This document shows, piece by piece, positions 1-14,528 of a stretch of 64,000 bases of DNA. The notes below the pieces were generated by a model. The model was given only the letters and a program-made list of their open reading frames with translations. It made no database searches and was not told the origin of the DNA. Origin of the DNA: Macrostomum lignano (lineage: Eukaryota); the NCBI GenBank assembly GCA_002269645.1, contig NIVC01000554.1, forward strand, positions 1-64,000, in the 5' to 3' direction. Position 1 is the stretch's first letter; each line of letters begins with the position of its first letter. Position numbers and translations under genes: made by a program.

Positions 1-554
1 TAAGGGGATATCTAAAAAAATAGTCGGGATTGGGCATTGGGTCAGTCTTGCCAGTTTGTCGATCGCGGTGGGAAGTAGAATCCAGAGGATATTCACTTCA
101 CTCTCTGCCCCCTAATTGAAGGATGCCAAAAAATCCCCAATAACGATCGCATACAAAATGTTTTCCCTCAATGTCAAGGAAATGAAAATGAATAACTGCT
201 GCCAGCATGCGGAGCACTGTATTTTATTCATTCAATTCCATTAGTTTGATAAGCCAACGATCTGCCAAATAAGAGCCATGAGCGGTGCGCTTCCATTTGG
301 CTGATTGCTTCTAAACTCTCTCGGATTTTATAAAGTTTTCTGCACAGCCGAGTGTATTTTCATTTCCTAGATATCTAATAAATTGTTGAACTTGCTTATT
401 ATAGTTTATTTTCAAAAACCAAGTATTTGCAGGCATTTTAGCAGTAACAGGGCTACTTGACTACCAGTAACAGGCCCAATGCGGCACGCGAAGCCTCTCT
501 ATCCAGTCCTCGGGTTCTTTGAAATTTCGCTATAGCAATCGGCTCGCTCAAGGT

Positions 555-1000
555 TTGTGTCTCTTCTAAGTTCTCTCTTCTCCTCTCTTTTCTCCTCTCA
601 TCCCTCTGCTCTCTCATCTCATCTCCTTTCCTCTAATCTCCTCTTCTTTCTACTCTCATTTCCTTTCCTCTTTCCTCTCATCTCCTCTTCTTTCTACTCT
701 CATTTCCTTTCCTCTCTCATCTCATCTCCTTTCCTCTCATCTCCTCTTCTTTCTACTCTCATTTCCTTTCCTCTTTCCTCTCGTCTCCTCTTCTTTCTAC
801 TCTCATTTCCTTTCCTCTCTCATCTCCTCCTTTCCTCTCGTCTCCTCTTCTTTCTACTCTCATTTCCTTTCCTCTCTCATCTCATCTCCTTTCCTCTCAT
901 CTCCTTTTCTTTCTACTCTCATTTCCTTTCCTCTTTCCTCTCATCTCTTCTCTTCTTTCCTCCTTTTCCCTCTCTCCCATTTCTCTTTTTTCCACTCTCC
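555..1000. repeat. Pyrimidine-rich (CT) low-complexity quasi-tandem repeat
   Basis: Recurrent ctcatctcctcttctttctactctcatttcctttcctct-like units; the 161-aa S/L/F ORF is a by-product. Confidence 0.9.
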
Positions 1001-2012
1001 TCTGGCCCGCAACAATGGTTTATATTTCTTGTCTGGCAATAATTGAAAGAATAATGACAAAATACTTTCTATTTCATCATAAAAAATAATTGAGATTTTT
1101 TAATTGATGTGTCAAAACATTTCAACTTTCCAAGATTTTCAGTGCGGATTTTATTAACAAAAAACTTGAAAGCTGAACATTGAAAGCCGCTTCAGCTTTC
1201 GACAAGACACTTGAGTTAAAAAACTATAAGAAGATTTCAAAATGGGTTTGTCCCTGCCTGACCTGCACGACCCCATCGCACTCCTGGCAGCAGGACACGT
1301 CAGTCTCATGCAATCCCTAACAAATTTCAATATGCCTCTCCCTCTTTGCAGCAAAATGAGGAGCTTCTAGCAGCAAGTGCAGGCAAAATGGATATCAATG
1401 CAAATGAAATGCGTTGTGCAGTGTCTCGCTCTCTCTCTTGGTATTAATGTTTGCCGTTTCAGACGTAATCCCCCCTCTGCATAGCAGAATTCCATTAATG
1501 TCAAACACTGCCTGCAGGATGCAACAGCGACAATCCGAGGAGGGTCCCGGAGGTCATCAGGACGTCCTCATCGGGTCCCCCTCCTCCGCTACCATAGGCT
1601 GTCACCCTCGGCGGCACTCTAAATCCTAAAGGGGATTTCCCAGCGGGATATCAACAACTGGACAGGCAGGGAGGATGAAAGCGGGTCCGAGTTTCTAATC
1701 CCGGGAGCATCTGGCAGAAGCCCCTCTCTTTGACAAACGCCCGGATGAGGCCGGGGATTCTCCCGTGGGAAAGTGAAAAAAAAAACAATTTCGACCAAAT
1801 GTTCTGGGCGAGTGTGCAGCAGAGGGGAAACGCTTTATTTTGATCTGCGAGAGGAAAGACAAACAAGATAGATGAACGAGCAGAATATATTGTTTCGCAT
1901 TGAAATTGCGAATTTCAACTGAGTCATGCGAAGGCCAGCATCTGCAACTTGTTCATGAACTGTAGCTAAAATATACAAGACGTTTTTCTTCGCGTCATTC
2001 AGCCCAGTCATT

Positions 2013-2045
<33 letters not shown>

Positions 2046-5000
2046 CTCTCTCTCTCTCTCTTTTATTCGATCATGTTTCTTCCTGCCAAATTTTTGCTTA
2101 AAAGGCAATAAAATTTTGCTGACATTTTTTTTCAAGGCAAAAACCTGGCTGCGCAATATGTTTTTTGGCAGTGCCATCAGTATGGCAAGTGAGCAGTGGG
2201 TGAGGAGTCAAGTTCCAAGTTCTGAAAACTTACAAGAAACTGTTTGAAATGACAGTGTAAGTTTGAAGTTTGGCCATAGACATGTATCTAGGCACAGAGG
2301 TTTCTATTAGCTAGAAGAAAAGTTCTTTTTAAAATCATGTTACTCACAGTTTCCATGGACTCAGATCAACCAGGGGCCGTAGCCTATATAGTGGTCTAGC
2401 CTCGATTCAAACTGCAGCCAAATTAATTTGGGGCTAAATTGGAATCTCGGCTTGGGACTTCTCATAGAATTAACGCCCTTGAAAACCTACCCCCAAGGCA
2501 CAGTGAAGTGTACATCTACATGCGTACGTATCCGCGCGTTTGTGTGCCTGCTCAGGGGAGTCGGCGGAATGGCCGGTAAAATTCCTCTCGTCGGTTGTTT
2601 GACAATGTAGCCTAAAGTGCGCCAGGGTGCAATAGCCCCCTGCCTCTATTAATAAAAGATTAGCTAGGGGGGCAAGGGGCTTAGCCCCCTATAGCTGAAA
2701 TTTTTTTTGCCCCCCCCCTCAAAACAGCAACAGGTTAAACATCTCCGTTCCCAATTGTTAAACACCTCCCCGACAACTACTTTGGCTTTAGTGCTGGCAT
2801 CGTTTGGTGTTGGCGCCCCTCGATTGCGCTCACAGAAACGCCCCTCAATGAAAAATCCTGACGTAACAAGTTAACGGGTAAAACGGAACCATTCACTTGA
2901 CTCTTGTAAGCTTCTAGAATCTATTAAACATGGCTCTGGACTTGCTGCTATAGGAGCAATAAACCTGTCACAGAAGTCGGTCGCATTCAGACCGCGTGGC
3001 TTAGTCTGTTCAGGGATAGCGAGATCGGCGCTGTTCCAAAGCTGCCGCGCTTATGTTAGCAATGACTAGCCACTGCTGCACAGCTTGGATCGTACCATCC
3101 ATGCGGTGCGATCCCATGGGATTATTGTGTCCACTTTGGGAGTAGCCCCACAACTTGCATGAGCGCACACCACCCCCGCTGGACTGAGCCTTTAATTAAT
3201 CTTCAATTGTGCCCCTAATCAGGGCGGGATTTTATTCCTAGCGTTTGAGCTGGTTGCGAGCGCACGACAGGGGCAGACCAAACCGGGTACTCTGGGACTG
3301 GGAGAAGAGGTAGCAGGTGACAGAGCGAGTTATTTCTCTCTCTCGCTCTCTGTCTCCAAGAGCTTCTGATGCGTGCTAGCCAACAGGCTGTTTTTTCATT
3401 CCCAGACTCATAAAGCAATGTAGATCGACATCAGTTTTCAATTGTCCATTGTATATAACAAAAAACTCCACACGGGACTGGGTAATTGTAGTAGAAAACT
3501 TTCCTAGAGAGTGCCTGTCACAGAAGAGTGAAAAATCAAGCTGGGAATTGGATTTAGGGTCGAGCGGGTTGCCAACGCAGCGAAATTTGTTAATCTGAAG
3601 AGATGAAATTTGCTGCTCCCCAGAGGGCAAGCGAGACTGACAAGCTGGTGCAAGATAAAAAAACTGGAAGCCCAGAAGAGAAAAAAAATTTTTTTGACGT
3701 ACAGCTTGCGACAAAAGATCCGAAACATGCCGCGCTATGCAGGCTAAAGATCAGAATTTCCATCGCAATTTTCTTTTTAAAACGCCCCGCGGGGTGGGTT
3801 GGTCGGCCAAGGGAAGCCTTGAACTGCAGCTAAAATTGACTGCCTGTCTGCCTGACTTGGGGCTGCATGGGCTTCGTCAGGTTCCTCTGGCAGCCCGACA
3901 GTTTATCGTGATACCGCGATATTCGCCAAATTAAACACTGAAAATCGCCCCAGCGTCTCCTCCACCACAATCTGATGCCGCGGGAGAGCTTTGCTGGGCC
4001 TGGCGTCAGTTACGCTCGTACAAGGACAAAAAATTCTGCCCCCCCCCGCCCTTCGTGGGAACTTCGCAGGGAGTCCTCGATTCTGGAAATAGTCCACCAA
4101 AGCTCTCGATTGCACTGGAACTTATCGCTGGATTATCCGACAAAAGAAACTGAGAGTTTTTTCAGCCTACTTATAGGCCCTGTGTTTTCTGTCTTTCATG
4201 CTTCGCTGATGGTGGAATTAGCCTAATTTCCAGCGACAATTAGTCACTTCATGCAACGTCAGAAGCACTCTCGCTGCTGCACGCACGATCCTATTCTAGA
4301 ATTCCAGAGGTAGTCTCTTGGCCCCGGCTTTCTCATGATATTTGGTTCACGATAATCGGGTCATCGGGTTTTGGTGTTTATCAGGATAGTCGTCAAAACA
4401 TCTCCTAAATATATCAAAATATCTCCTATTTAGACCCCTAGAGGCTCATTTTTGACATAATCTAAGAATTTTTAGTGCTCCTGAACAACAACAACAAATT
4501 GTGCTTTCTATTCCCTCGAGCATCACCTATTTCAAAATCTAATTTGCTTATTTTACACCCTATTTATAAACTGAAAATGCCTCAGCTCCACTGAAACTTA
4601 ATCCCCTTCTAATCTATGAAATGTTTCTGAGCTTTCCCATAACCTCGCACAGTCTGCAGCCTTTCAATATTCGATGCTGGGGAAAACATGCAACAGGAAG
4701 TGAATTCTAGAATCTCTTCCCAGCAACAAGCAGAAAGAGACATCTCACAATTCTATTTACCTGTCGGTTTCAATATTTGCCCGTTGTTTTGTACCCGTTT
4801 CTGCTGCTCGATCCTTGTTATTTTACGATTCAACATAGCAATTTTCCCTCAGGAGGTGCCCACATAGGAGAAGGATATAGTCTTACCTAGCGAGCATGAG
4901 AGGACTTGAGCAGCGGGGGGATTCGAAGCAAACCGACAGATAGGTAGGAACGCAGGTAAAACACGCTAAACAAAAAAACACAAAAATGTTGAAAGGAAAT

Positions 5001-5641
5001 GCCTCGCTATGGAACAAGACAGCCCATCAACGTTTACCCATCTATCTCCCTACTCAATCGCATGGATACAGATGGGTGCAAGTGAAAATGCAGGAGGCCC
5101 TGTGAAAGCAGAATTAGAGAATCGACGAGCTCACGTGTTCTCGGCGAAGCCGGACTCACAAAAGGATAGAAAGGGAAGACAATAATCCAGAGCGACTGAC
5201 CGAGCCAGAAGAAGGGTTTCCCGTGTCGCATACTCAGCGGGCAGTCGGGAAGGGGATGGGGAGTCGCCCTTGTATTTTGCTCTTCTCTTTTGAGTCGTCA
5301 TCTTTGGTTTGCTGCATTTCCATTATGATATAATATTTCCCATTGAGTGTATAGTTCGAGCTAAATAGCCGGATAAATAAACCGTCATGGCCTAAGTTAT
5401 ACACGAAAAGCAGTTTAACCCACGAATTTATGGCATAGTCAGGATAAATCACACAATCAAGTCGTCTTTAAAAGGCGACCAATATTTTTCTTGACGCTTG
5501 AGTGCCTTCTTGAGCATGGCTGATTGAAAAACTTTCCTCCCCGCAGATAATCGACAGCTTAAATCTTAACCACGTCAGTTCAAGCCATGGCTCTCGGAGC
5601 AATCTAGCGCCGCGATTGACCTTCGAATTCTTGGGACAGCG

Positions 5642-8600
5642 ATGCTTAACTCGATTAGCCTTGTCGCCCTGCTGTGGGCCATCAGCTGCGCACCCTTCAT
5701 CTTGGCCGCGAGTCGCGAGGTGAACTTCGAATGCGACGAAGAGACTGATCTGAATGCGGGAGTTGGTAACTTATGGCGATCCTTAGGCAGCCCAAGCCGC
5801 CTCTCAGACTTCAGACTCATGCCGGAGTCGCCCTACTTCAAAGTTGACAAGGAAAGCAACGTGCGCATCAGAGGGCGAATCGACCGCGAGGATCCGGTCG
5901 CTTGTCCCGACGCAGGCGAGACTCGACCCTGCGTGATCGAACTCAACGCTTTCTCAGACAACGACCGGACTGTGGTGCGCATCACCATTAAGGATATAAA
6001 CGACAATGCGCCGGTGTTCAAAGAGCCACAGAAAGAATTGATCGTCGAGGAGGGCGATACAAATTTTCAGTGCCCGCTGGATGCGGCAACCGATGCGGAC
6101 ATTGGTGACAATGGAATGCTCATTAAAGGTCACTACTTCCTGATTGGCGATGGGGGGCAATTTTCACTAAAGCAGAGACATCAGCAAGGCGCGCTGTACC
6201 TCGTGCTGGCTGAAGGAGCCCAGGCTCTGGACTATGAGACGGCACAGCAGCACTTGCTAAACCTGACCGCTTGCGACGGTGGTTTAAATCCGAACTGTAC
6301 CAGCCAGCGACTCATAGTCCGGGTACGCGATCGCAATGATAACGCGCCGATTGTAACGCCAGACGCGTGGCCGGCAGTGCCGGACACGCTGCCCGTTGGC
6401 GGTCGGGTGGGTAAAGTGACCGCCACGGACGCGGACAGTGGCGAAAATGGCCGCCTGACATACAGCATCACTGGCGATAGAAAGTCCATGGAAGCATTCG
6501 TTATTAACGAAACAACTGGCGAAGTCCGATTGCACCGCCGACTAAATGCGCGAAGCCATCTTCAGTACGTCATTCAGGTGCTAGTCTCAGATAATGGGGC
6601 TCCCAGCCGCCAAACAGTGACTAGCTTCCCTCTGAGCGTCCGAGACGCCAACGATCACGCACCGAACATTTCAATCCTTCCGATGGTCCAGCGATTGCAG
6701 CAGAAAGGTACACCTGAAGCAACCAAGAACTCTGGAATGGTTTTAGTCCGGGAGAACGCGAATACAGGCGCCTCACTAGCTTTCATTCAGGTGACCGACG
6801 AAGATCTAGAAGACAATGGTCGCACAACTTGTCAGCTTGGTGAGCCAGGAGCGGAGCTGTTTCGGCTTACGTCGTCTGGAGAGAAAGATTACATGCTTTA
6901 CAGCCTGCAGTCCCTGGACTACGAGGCACAGACAAGGACTAGCGTTCGAATCGATTGCCGCGATGCCGGGTCTCCGCCGCAGTCCGCAAGCAAAGTCGTG
7001 CAAATCAAAGTTGAGAATGTAAATGAGTTTTCCCCGGAGTTTCAATCTTCATATTACAACGCCACGGTTGAAGAGTCGAACGGTCAACATGATGACAACG
7101 GTGTAGGACGGCCAGTGCTCACCATTGAAGCCATTGATAGGGACCGAGACGACCCGCTGACTTTTCAAATTTTAGACGACGGAGCCACTTCCCACGGTCG
7201 CTTCTTCGAGGCCGTAGTAAGAGATACATCGAGCTTCTCAAATCTACAGGGGGTCAGTCGTACAACAGGTGTAATAAGAGTGAAGTCGTCAATAGATCGA
7301 GACTCGCTTCGATTGCCAAACGATCGTTTGGTATTTGTCATTCAAGTTAAGGACACACCTGACTCCGAAGGTACACAGCACACCGCTAGCGCAAGCGTCA
7401 CTGTTCGTGTATTAGACGTAAACGACAATGCTCCTGAAATTCTTCAGCCCCGACTGTACAAGGTACGCGAAAATGCACCGGTTGACACTCCTGTGCTCGC
7501 AGCATCAAATGGCGACAGTCGGATCCGATTCACTGATCCCGACGCTCCCGGACCAAATTCCCGAGCTGAATTTCAACTGCTAGATGTGCGAGCCAAAATT
7601 CTTGGCTTGGAAGGTGGAGACCGTTATCTGCGGCCGAGGGAGCGGCCGTTTCTTGTGACCAAAGACGGTCAGATTAGGACAACAGTCTCGTTGGATCGAG
7701 AAGTTCATTCGGCCTATCTAATATCTGTATCTGTTGCCAATACGGAGGCCCAGCCACGATTGAGCACTACGGCTGAGCTCACAGTGATTGTAGAGGACGA
7801 GAACGACAGTCCACCGGTTTGGTCATTTCCGAGGGAGTCCAACCTCTTTGTGAACATCTCCACTGCGCATCGAATCAATGATGACGTCACCTGGGTGCAG
7901 GCGACAGACTCAGACGAATCCAGCAACATCACTTACCAGCTCATTGATGCAGTTGGCGAACCGCTCACCTGGGTACCGTCGCATGCTTCGTTTTTTCTGG
8001 CCATCGACCCAAAGTCTGGCGTGATTCGCTTAGTTGCCCGACCAACTCCTGGCCGCCACGTTGTGACTGTCCGTGCTGTGGACGCTGACCGGCCGCAGAT
8101 GTTTGTAGACACTCAGCTGATCATAAACGTTCTGCGCTACGCTGGCGACGGTGGACACCTGCGCGAGGCTCAGGTTAACCTGTCAATCATTGTTGCCATG
8201 GTGGCGGCAACTTGCCTGGTCAGCCTCTGCCTGGTTTCCGCCATTGTCTGCGTCCGTCAACGGCGTCATCAGCGATCTGCAGGCGCCGCGTCTTCTGCCG
8301 GTGGCTCCTCTTGCGGCAACGGCGGCGGCCTTGGCGTCGAAAAGGCGTTATCGCCACCGACGCTGCCGCTGCCAGCATCGTGCCAATTCGGCCTCGATGA
8401 CCAGCTGGACGACTGTGGTGCGCCTGAGCCGCTGTTGTTCAGCGGCGGCGGTGACATCGGAGGAGGCGGCTGCAGCAGCGGCTGCGGTACACCAACAAGG
8501 CACCACCTGCACATGACCACCTTCTGCCAGAGCGACTCACAAGTGCTGCCAATGATGCAGTCGCACCATCCGCTGTACTATCCGCAGCATCAGCACCTGC

Positions 8601-10540
8601 AGCAGCAATCCAAGCAGCCGTTCCGCTTCCCACATCAGCAGCAGGCCATGTACCAGCAGCCAAACATTCAGCTGCTTCTGGCTGGAAATGAGGTGAAATT
8701 TCTTCTTATTGACCAGCGACCAATCATAGAACCTTTGCCCTTCGTGTGTAGCTTTAACCAGTCTTGACAATTACAACGTTTTACCCTTACTTTTGAGCAC
8801 TTAAAGCTTCTATATAGTGACTCCATTCAATTTTGACACTCAATCACAGGACACACCGAAACGAAGCATATCATTGTAGAGCTTAATGTTGATGTCCGGG
8901 ATGTGAAACAGAGTTAGGGGAGGGTTGCGCTGGACGATTGTGCAGAGAAATCGTTGCATTTAGTCGTCCTCATTGAATGCTTCACACATGGCTTTGCTTT
9001 CTTCGCAGCAAAATCGTAGTTTCGTCAAGCAACGTCATTAGGCGTCAAAATGTGTGTTGAATAGGGTGAAATGGTGCAGTAGGTATAGCTACTAACTCTC
9101 ACAGAATGATTGACATTGAGAAGGGATGAATTGTGACTCATAGATTAGAGAGATGAAGAATTGGTTTTAGCTTCACTCTCGCGCTCAAAATAATTAGAAG
9201 GCCAGTTTTTTCTAGCACCTTGTCTCTTGAAATAGCTGTACGCTAGTAGATGAAGCACAAAATTGTGAGATTTAACGCTCGGGTTTCAAATAAGGATCTT
9301 CACCAACAGCATAGAACAGGCTGCTCAGTAATTGAGCAGCGTCACGCAGGGACACCGAGTGAGTAAAAGTGAGTGCTTAAGCCTTAACGCTTGAGAAAGG
9401 ATTCTAGTTAACAAAACAACCATAGAATAGAGCCGAAAGAAGAGGCTCAAGTTTCTCCAGAAGACGGTTGCGAATATGGGAATTCCTTATTTAAAAGCTG
9501 GAAGTGTGTTCTGTGACCTCGCGTGAACAGTCAGAACAAAAAAAGCAGGTTGGCTCAGATTGCCAGAGTTGTGTTGCGCAATGGAGATGACGAGTGTTTG
9601 TAGTCACTTTCGTTTTATGGACTGACGATTTAAACCAAATGTGAATTCACTTTGTGTAGTTCGTATGATGGCTGCTTTAGCTAAAATGTAGCACATTTTG
9701 CAAGCGTACTTGCTCACACATCTCACTGCGATGTTCTGCTTCGCTGCCAGGAATTCGATGGCGGTGACAGCGCGGACTCCGGTCGGGGCGGCAGCGAAGA
9801 CGGAGCAGCTCTGCAGCATCAACATCAGGGTGAGTCTATGGCCCAACCTAGTCTTTGTTCAATGGGCTCTTAATCTTAGCTTTCTCTCTTGTGCGTCTAC
9901 GTAGAGAGTGAGGGTTTCGGCCATGGAGGAATTTCTTAGAAACCGGCTTCGAAGTGAGGGATTTCAAATTATCGACCTAAATGATACCAACCATTTTGAG
10001 CGATACGTTATGTATTCTACAAAAAATCCGTTTATCTTCCGTTCTACAAAGATACTGTTTTGCATTTATCTAGATTATTTATCTACCACTCGCTTTTTAA
10101 ACCCAAAACCTAATTTCATATTCTTCTTGAAGTATAAATTGATGCGCTCATAATGCTACTGACCAAATCTAAATGAGTAGGACTATAGGATTTTTTTTTG
10201 CGTTGATTAACAAATTTTTGGTTAAATTTTGGCAGGCTCTATCCAGCTTCTATCAAATGCAGCCTCTTCGGCGGCCTCTTTGATGTCGCCGCAGTCTCAG
10301 CATCCGCATCAGCCTCATCATCAACTGCAGCACGCGGCAGTATCTTTGACAGGCTGCTCGCCAACTCACGCAACAACGGCAGCTGTCAAATCTAGAATGA
10401 ATCAGCAGCCGATGCTGCTGCCAAGGATTCGGTCTCCGGGCCATTGTCTGGGCATTCCAGAGGAGGCTGAGGCTCCATCGGCTTCATCGGCTCAGCCAAG
10501 CGGATCGGCTGATCTGTACAACCGGGAGCAGCTGTGCTAG
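5642..10540 (+). CDS. Protocadherin, 7 extracellular cadherin repeats; join(5642..8692,9751..9829,10236..10540), ~1144 aa
   Basis: Signal peptide; Ca-binding linkers DINDNAP, DRNDNAP, DANDHAP, NVNEFSP, DVNDNAP, DENDSPP; TM LSIIVAMVAATCLVSLCLVSAIVCV. Junctions GAG|gtgaaa, ccag|GAATTC..CAGG|gtgagt and ggcag|GC join in phase 0 then 1. Exon 2 encodes DSADSGRGGSED, similar to the delta-protocadherin CM1 motif. Confidence 0.92.
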
Positions 10541-11789
10541 CTAAAATATTTTCCATAACTGTACAGTCGTGCAGACTGTCTCCTCTGTTAGTTGCCTGTC
10601 TGCCCAGCCAAGCATAGCAGAGTCGCTTTGCGTTACGGCTATAAATAGCAGCATTTGGAGGATTAACAGAGAAGGCCACACCCACCTGTAGATTCCAATT
10701 GGCCCGTTCGTGCTTGATCAGCTTTGGCAATCGCAGCAATAACAGTAATAGCAAGGCAAATATCTTTTCTAATCGTTGTACGTACAGCATGGATATAACA
10801 CGATAGCTTATAAGCTGTGAATTAATCCACCCTGATGGATAATGCTTCGCATAACTTGCTTTTTTGAATAGCAAATACTCTTGTCCACTGTCCAATGTTC
10901 TGTCAATCGTGTTCTTTTTGTTTAAACTCGTGGCGATTTCAAATTTCTGAACTGCGACCAGTTTAATCGGATGTTCAATTTTGATTAGCTACTCAGCGTT
11001 GTGAGTTTCTTTTTTCTGAAAGCAATTCGCTTTAGGCCCCAGCTTATTGTACACTATTAGCGTACCTGTGCGTTAGACATTGCTTGCCAACATTGATTCC
11101 AAAATTTTCATTTTAAAATAAATTTGGACTATTATTTGCAACTAAATCGATACCAAAGTGCACTGACGCGGCAAGACAGACACGCGAGTAGAGCATGTTT
11201 TATTTTCTATCAATTTAAGTGTAAAGTTAATTACAAAAAATTACAACTTATATTACTCCTTAAGCGAAATATCGATCGAAACGGTCGAGTTACTCGTAGA
11301 ACAAATAAATTCGAATCGGCGCACAAAAGACGACGAACTAACAAATAAAATATTAAAATTTGAAAGGGTTTCTGCCAATGACAGAATAGTATAAAAAAGC
11401 ACAGAAACAGGTCTATAGCTTATCTCGTTGCTTATCTCGTTGGAAAGGTAAATACTTTCTTCAAAATTGTTAAACACAACCCAAAGCAACATCAGTTCCT
11501 TAGAGACCGGATTAAAGAGACCTCACATCAGAACGTCACATTTATACGAGACGAAGACAAAGCACAAGGCGTCTGGATTTTTCTTCTTTAGACAAGACAG
11601 TGATGGATTTCAGGATCTGAGCAATCACATGCTGAACAAACAAATGAATTGACGAACAGCTTTACTTATAACAAAAAGCACTTTAGACAAAAACTCAGAG
11701 CGGACTGTAACTAAAATTTGCGAGCTTATTTGTTTGCATAGATGCGCAAATTGGAAAAAAGAGTGCAAGTCCAGCTTATTAATTCGAGC

Positions 11790-11853
11790 AGACAGACAGA
11801 GAGATAGAAAGACAAACAGACAGACAGACAGACAGAGAGACAGACAGACAGAC

Positions 11854-11896
<43 letters not shown>

Positions 11897-11913
11897 GAGA
11901 CAGACAGACAGAG

Positions 11914-11982
<69 letters not shown>

Positions 11983-12019
11983 TACAGACAGACACACAGA
12001 CACACAGACAGACAGACAT

Positions 12020-12061
<42 letters not shown>

Positions 12062-12105
12062 GGACAGACAGACAGATAGACCGACAGACATACAGACATA
12101 CAGTT
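11790..12105. repeat. (AGAC)n microsatellite
   Basis: Direct reading of the sequence. Confidence 0.97.
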
Positions 12106-12804
12106 GAGACAGACAGTCTGTGTGATGCCTATGAGGCAAGTGACATGCACCTAGGTAACGTCATAATTCTGTTAGATATCAACCAGGCCGGGGTACTTTA
12201 TGAATTAAGGGGTTTCAGAAATTTCCCAGTATATCAGAGCCAGCAGCGCAAACAGGTTGTGTGCCCTGCCTGACGATAAGAGAGTCGGGACAAGAGTCGT
12301 TGCCTGCGTGCTTCTTTATTTTCGGGTTCATCAAATATCCCTGAGGCCATGGCTACTCAAAGAGAAACTCGACGCCTTTTTTGATGGTGCTCTCTCGGGC
12401 ATGGCTACAAAATTTGTGCCTATTGTGATCAAAAATAAATCCATCAGAAGTTAGTCGGTAGCCTCAATTTGTGTGCTCTCTTTGATGAAAAAATATATCG
12501 ATAGAGTTGTAATTAAAGATATTTCCAACTTAAGTAGAAAATTGCCTGTGCCTCAGCGTCTGTAGGATGGAATAACACTCGCCTTAGTTACGGATGTTAC
12601 GACGGTGACCATGGGAATACCCCCAGTCCTTACTTCTCCCGAACTCCCGTCTCAGCCGCAAAAAGTTTAATCTGTTTTCTAAGACTATTTTCTACATCTG
12701 ACTGTGCAACGCTGGAGCAATAATTTTCTCCAGACTCTCCTGAACCTGCAGGGTTAAGAGGGCGCAGATCTCCACTCCAATTTTGAAGCTGCCCGCCCAA
12801 CCAA

Positions 12805-14528
12805 TCAAATGACGCCCCTGTCCAGCAAGTCCTGCACATCGTCGCACAGGCTGTCGAGCTGCGCGGCAATCGGCGATTCGGAGTCGAACATGTCGCGCAG
12901 CAGGCGCGGATCCCGGAAAAACTTCGAGCAGTTGCGCACCGTCTGCGCCGACTTCTCGCTGAGATGCCGCCGGATGAGGCGCAGCACGAGCTGCTCACAG
13001 TCGCCCAGCTGGCCCAGCAGCTCCTCCTGGTTGACGGGCGTCTGGCGCTTCTGCATCCGCACCAGAGCCGTCGCCAAGTCGTTGAATTTGTCGCGAAACT
13101 CGTCGGCCATCGCCATCTCCTCGTTGTTGAACGCGTCGTTTAAATACAGGACACCGATTTTCAAATTGATCTTGATGATCTGCTTCATCAGCTTCTGGGC
13201 TGCCTGCCTGGACTGGGTGTGAGTCTTCACGATTTTGTACATCTTGTCAAACACCCGAGCCGACGGTGCGTCGAGGAAGATTTTAATGGCCTTCTTAGAG
13301 GCCAGCTGACTTGCGATTTTCTTCTGAGCGCGCAGACTGAAAGTCGGCGTACTGAATGTGTCATCGCCGTCCAAAGTTGATCCAGCGACTGACGGCGAGG
13401 CCGATGCAGGGCCGCCCACTGCGCCATGCTCTGACGATGCGCCTGCAAATTTGCAGAAAGTAAGCACTAAAACATTCAATCTGTAGATTCTGCATGCTGG
13501 TCTTGCACTCCTTTCACCGATCTATTTGTCCCTCCTTTTTCTACATTCACAGACTTGTTTTAGCGTTGACATACATCAACGTTTTCTACAATTTAGATTT
13601 AATAAGAACGTATGGATGTAGGTATTTCACCATTTATATGATCGAAATTTGTTCCTTAAGGGTATCAATCAGCGTTCCAATGCTAAGTTTGCCAAGTCAA
13701 GAGAATTTTCAGAGTACTAACGCTTAACGAAGTTGCAATATTATTTGCACAGCCATTAGTGGTAGAGAAAGACTGCATAGATAAGATTAGAACAAGTTAG
13801 GATTATAATTATTACCCTGTACAGCTAGCTATCCAAGTTTGACAGGATTTCTGTCAAAAAAATTCTCAGCACAATTAGTCATTATTATTACGGGTCGAGC
13901 TAAAACTAAAACCGAAGTACATCCAACACGTGAGTCACCACCAGCCGCGCCAGTATATATATTAGATAAAAACGCTTTAAATGCAAATGTGCTTAAGGGG
14001 CCGACACGTGTCTAGAGGGACGAACACCTGTGAGACAGGTGTCTAGAGGGACGAACACCTGGGAGACAAGTGTCTAGACGGACGAACACCTGGGAGACAA
14101 GTGTCTAGACGGACGAACACCTGGGAGACAAGTGTCTAGACGGACGAACACCTGCGAGACAAGTGTCAAGAGGGACGAACACCTGGGAGACAAGTGTCTA
14201 GAGGGACGGACACCTGGGATACAAGTGTCTAGAGGGACGAACACCTGGGAGACAAGTGTCTAGAGGGACGAACACCTGGGAGACAAGTGTCTAGAGGGAC
14301 GAACACCTGGGAGACAAGTGTCTAGAGGGACGAACACCTGGGAGACAAGTGTCTAGAGGGACGAGGATGTAGAAGAAATGCGTCTGGAATCGATTTCCAT
14401 ATACTAAAAATTGTCTGTCTGTGTGTGTGATCGATTTTAGCATTTAACTCTAATGATCCAACGACTTCTATACAAAATTCTGAAGTCAATACTCAAATAA
14501 GTTTACCTGACGGTCTGTCCTTTTGCAT
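12805..14528 (-). CDS. TNFAIP8: TNFAIP8/TIPE family protein; complement join(14507..14528,12805..13442), ~219 aa
   Basis: FSLRAQKKIASQLASKK...QKLMKQIIKINLKIGVLY..F...FRDKF matches the TIPE/DUF758 family. A 22-nt first exon ATGCAAAAGGACAGACCGTCAG|gtaaac joins in phase 1 to ttgcag|GCGCA; the first exon is less certain than the main exon. Confidence 0.88.
14008..14365. repeat. 31-bp minisatellite (gtgtctagagggacgaacacctgggagacaa) x~11 in TNFAIP8 intron
   Basis: Period measured 14008 to 14039; no spacers. Confidence 0.95.

Noticed and set aside
557-1042. 161-aa Ser/Leu/Phe ORF
   Set aside because: Translation of a CT-rich low-complexity tract.
1150-4230. GC-richer patches with short ORFs (e.g. 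1154-1354, 1651-1866, 3903-4115)
   Set aside because: No recognisable motif and no consistent exon chain; possibly decayed mobile elements, unresolved without a search.
5575-8770. Antisense and alternate-frame ORFs within the protocadherin (similarly within XPO4 and TNFAIP8)
   Set aside because: Shadow ORFs expected from GC-rich coding sequence.
11625-12273. Overlapping SVCL/RQTD ORFs (also at 40373-40786 and 54805-55239)
   Set aside because: Translations of (AGAC)n microsatellites.
14008-14365. Regular 31-35-bp repeats here and at 41258, 52820 and 62905 resembling CRISPR arrays
   Set aside because: Head-to-tail with no unique spacers, no cas genes, and a eukaryotic context.
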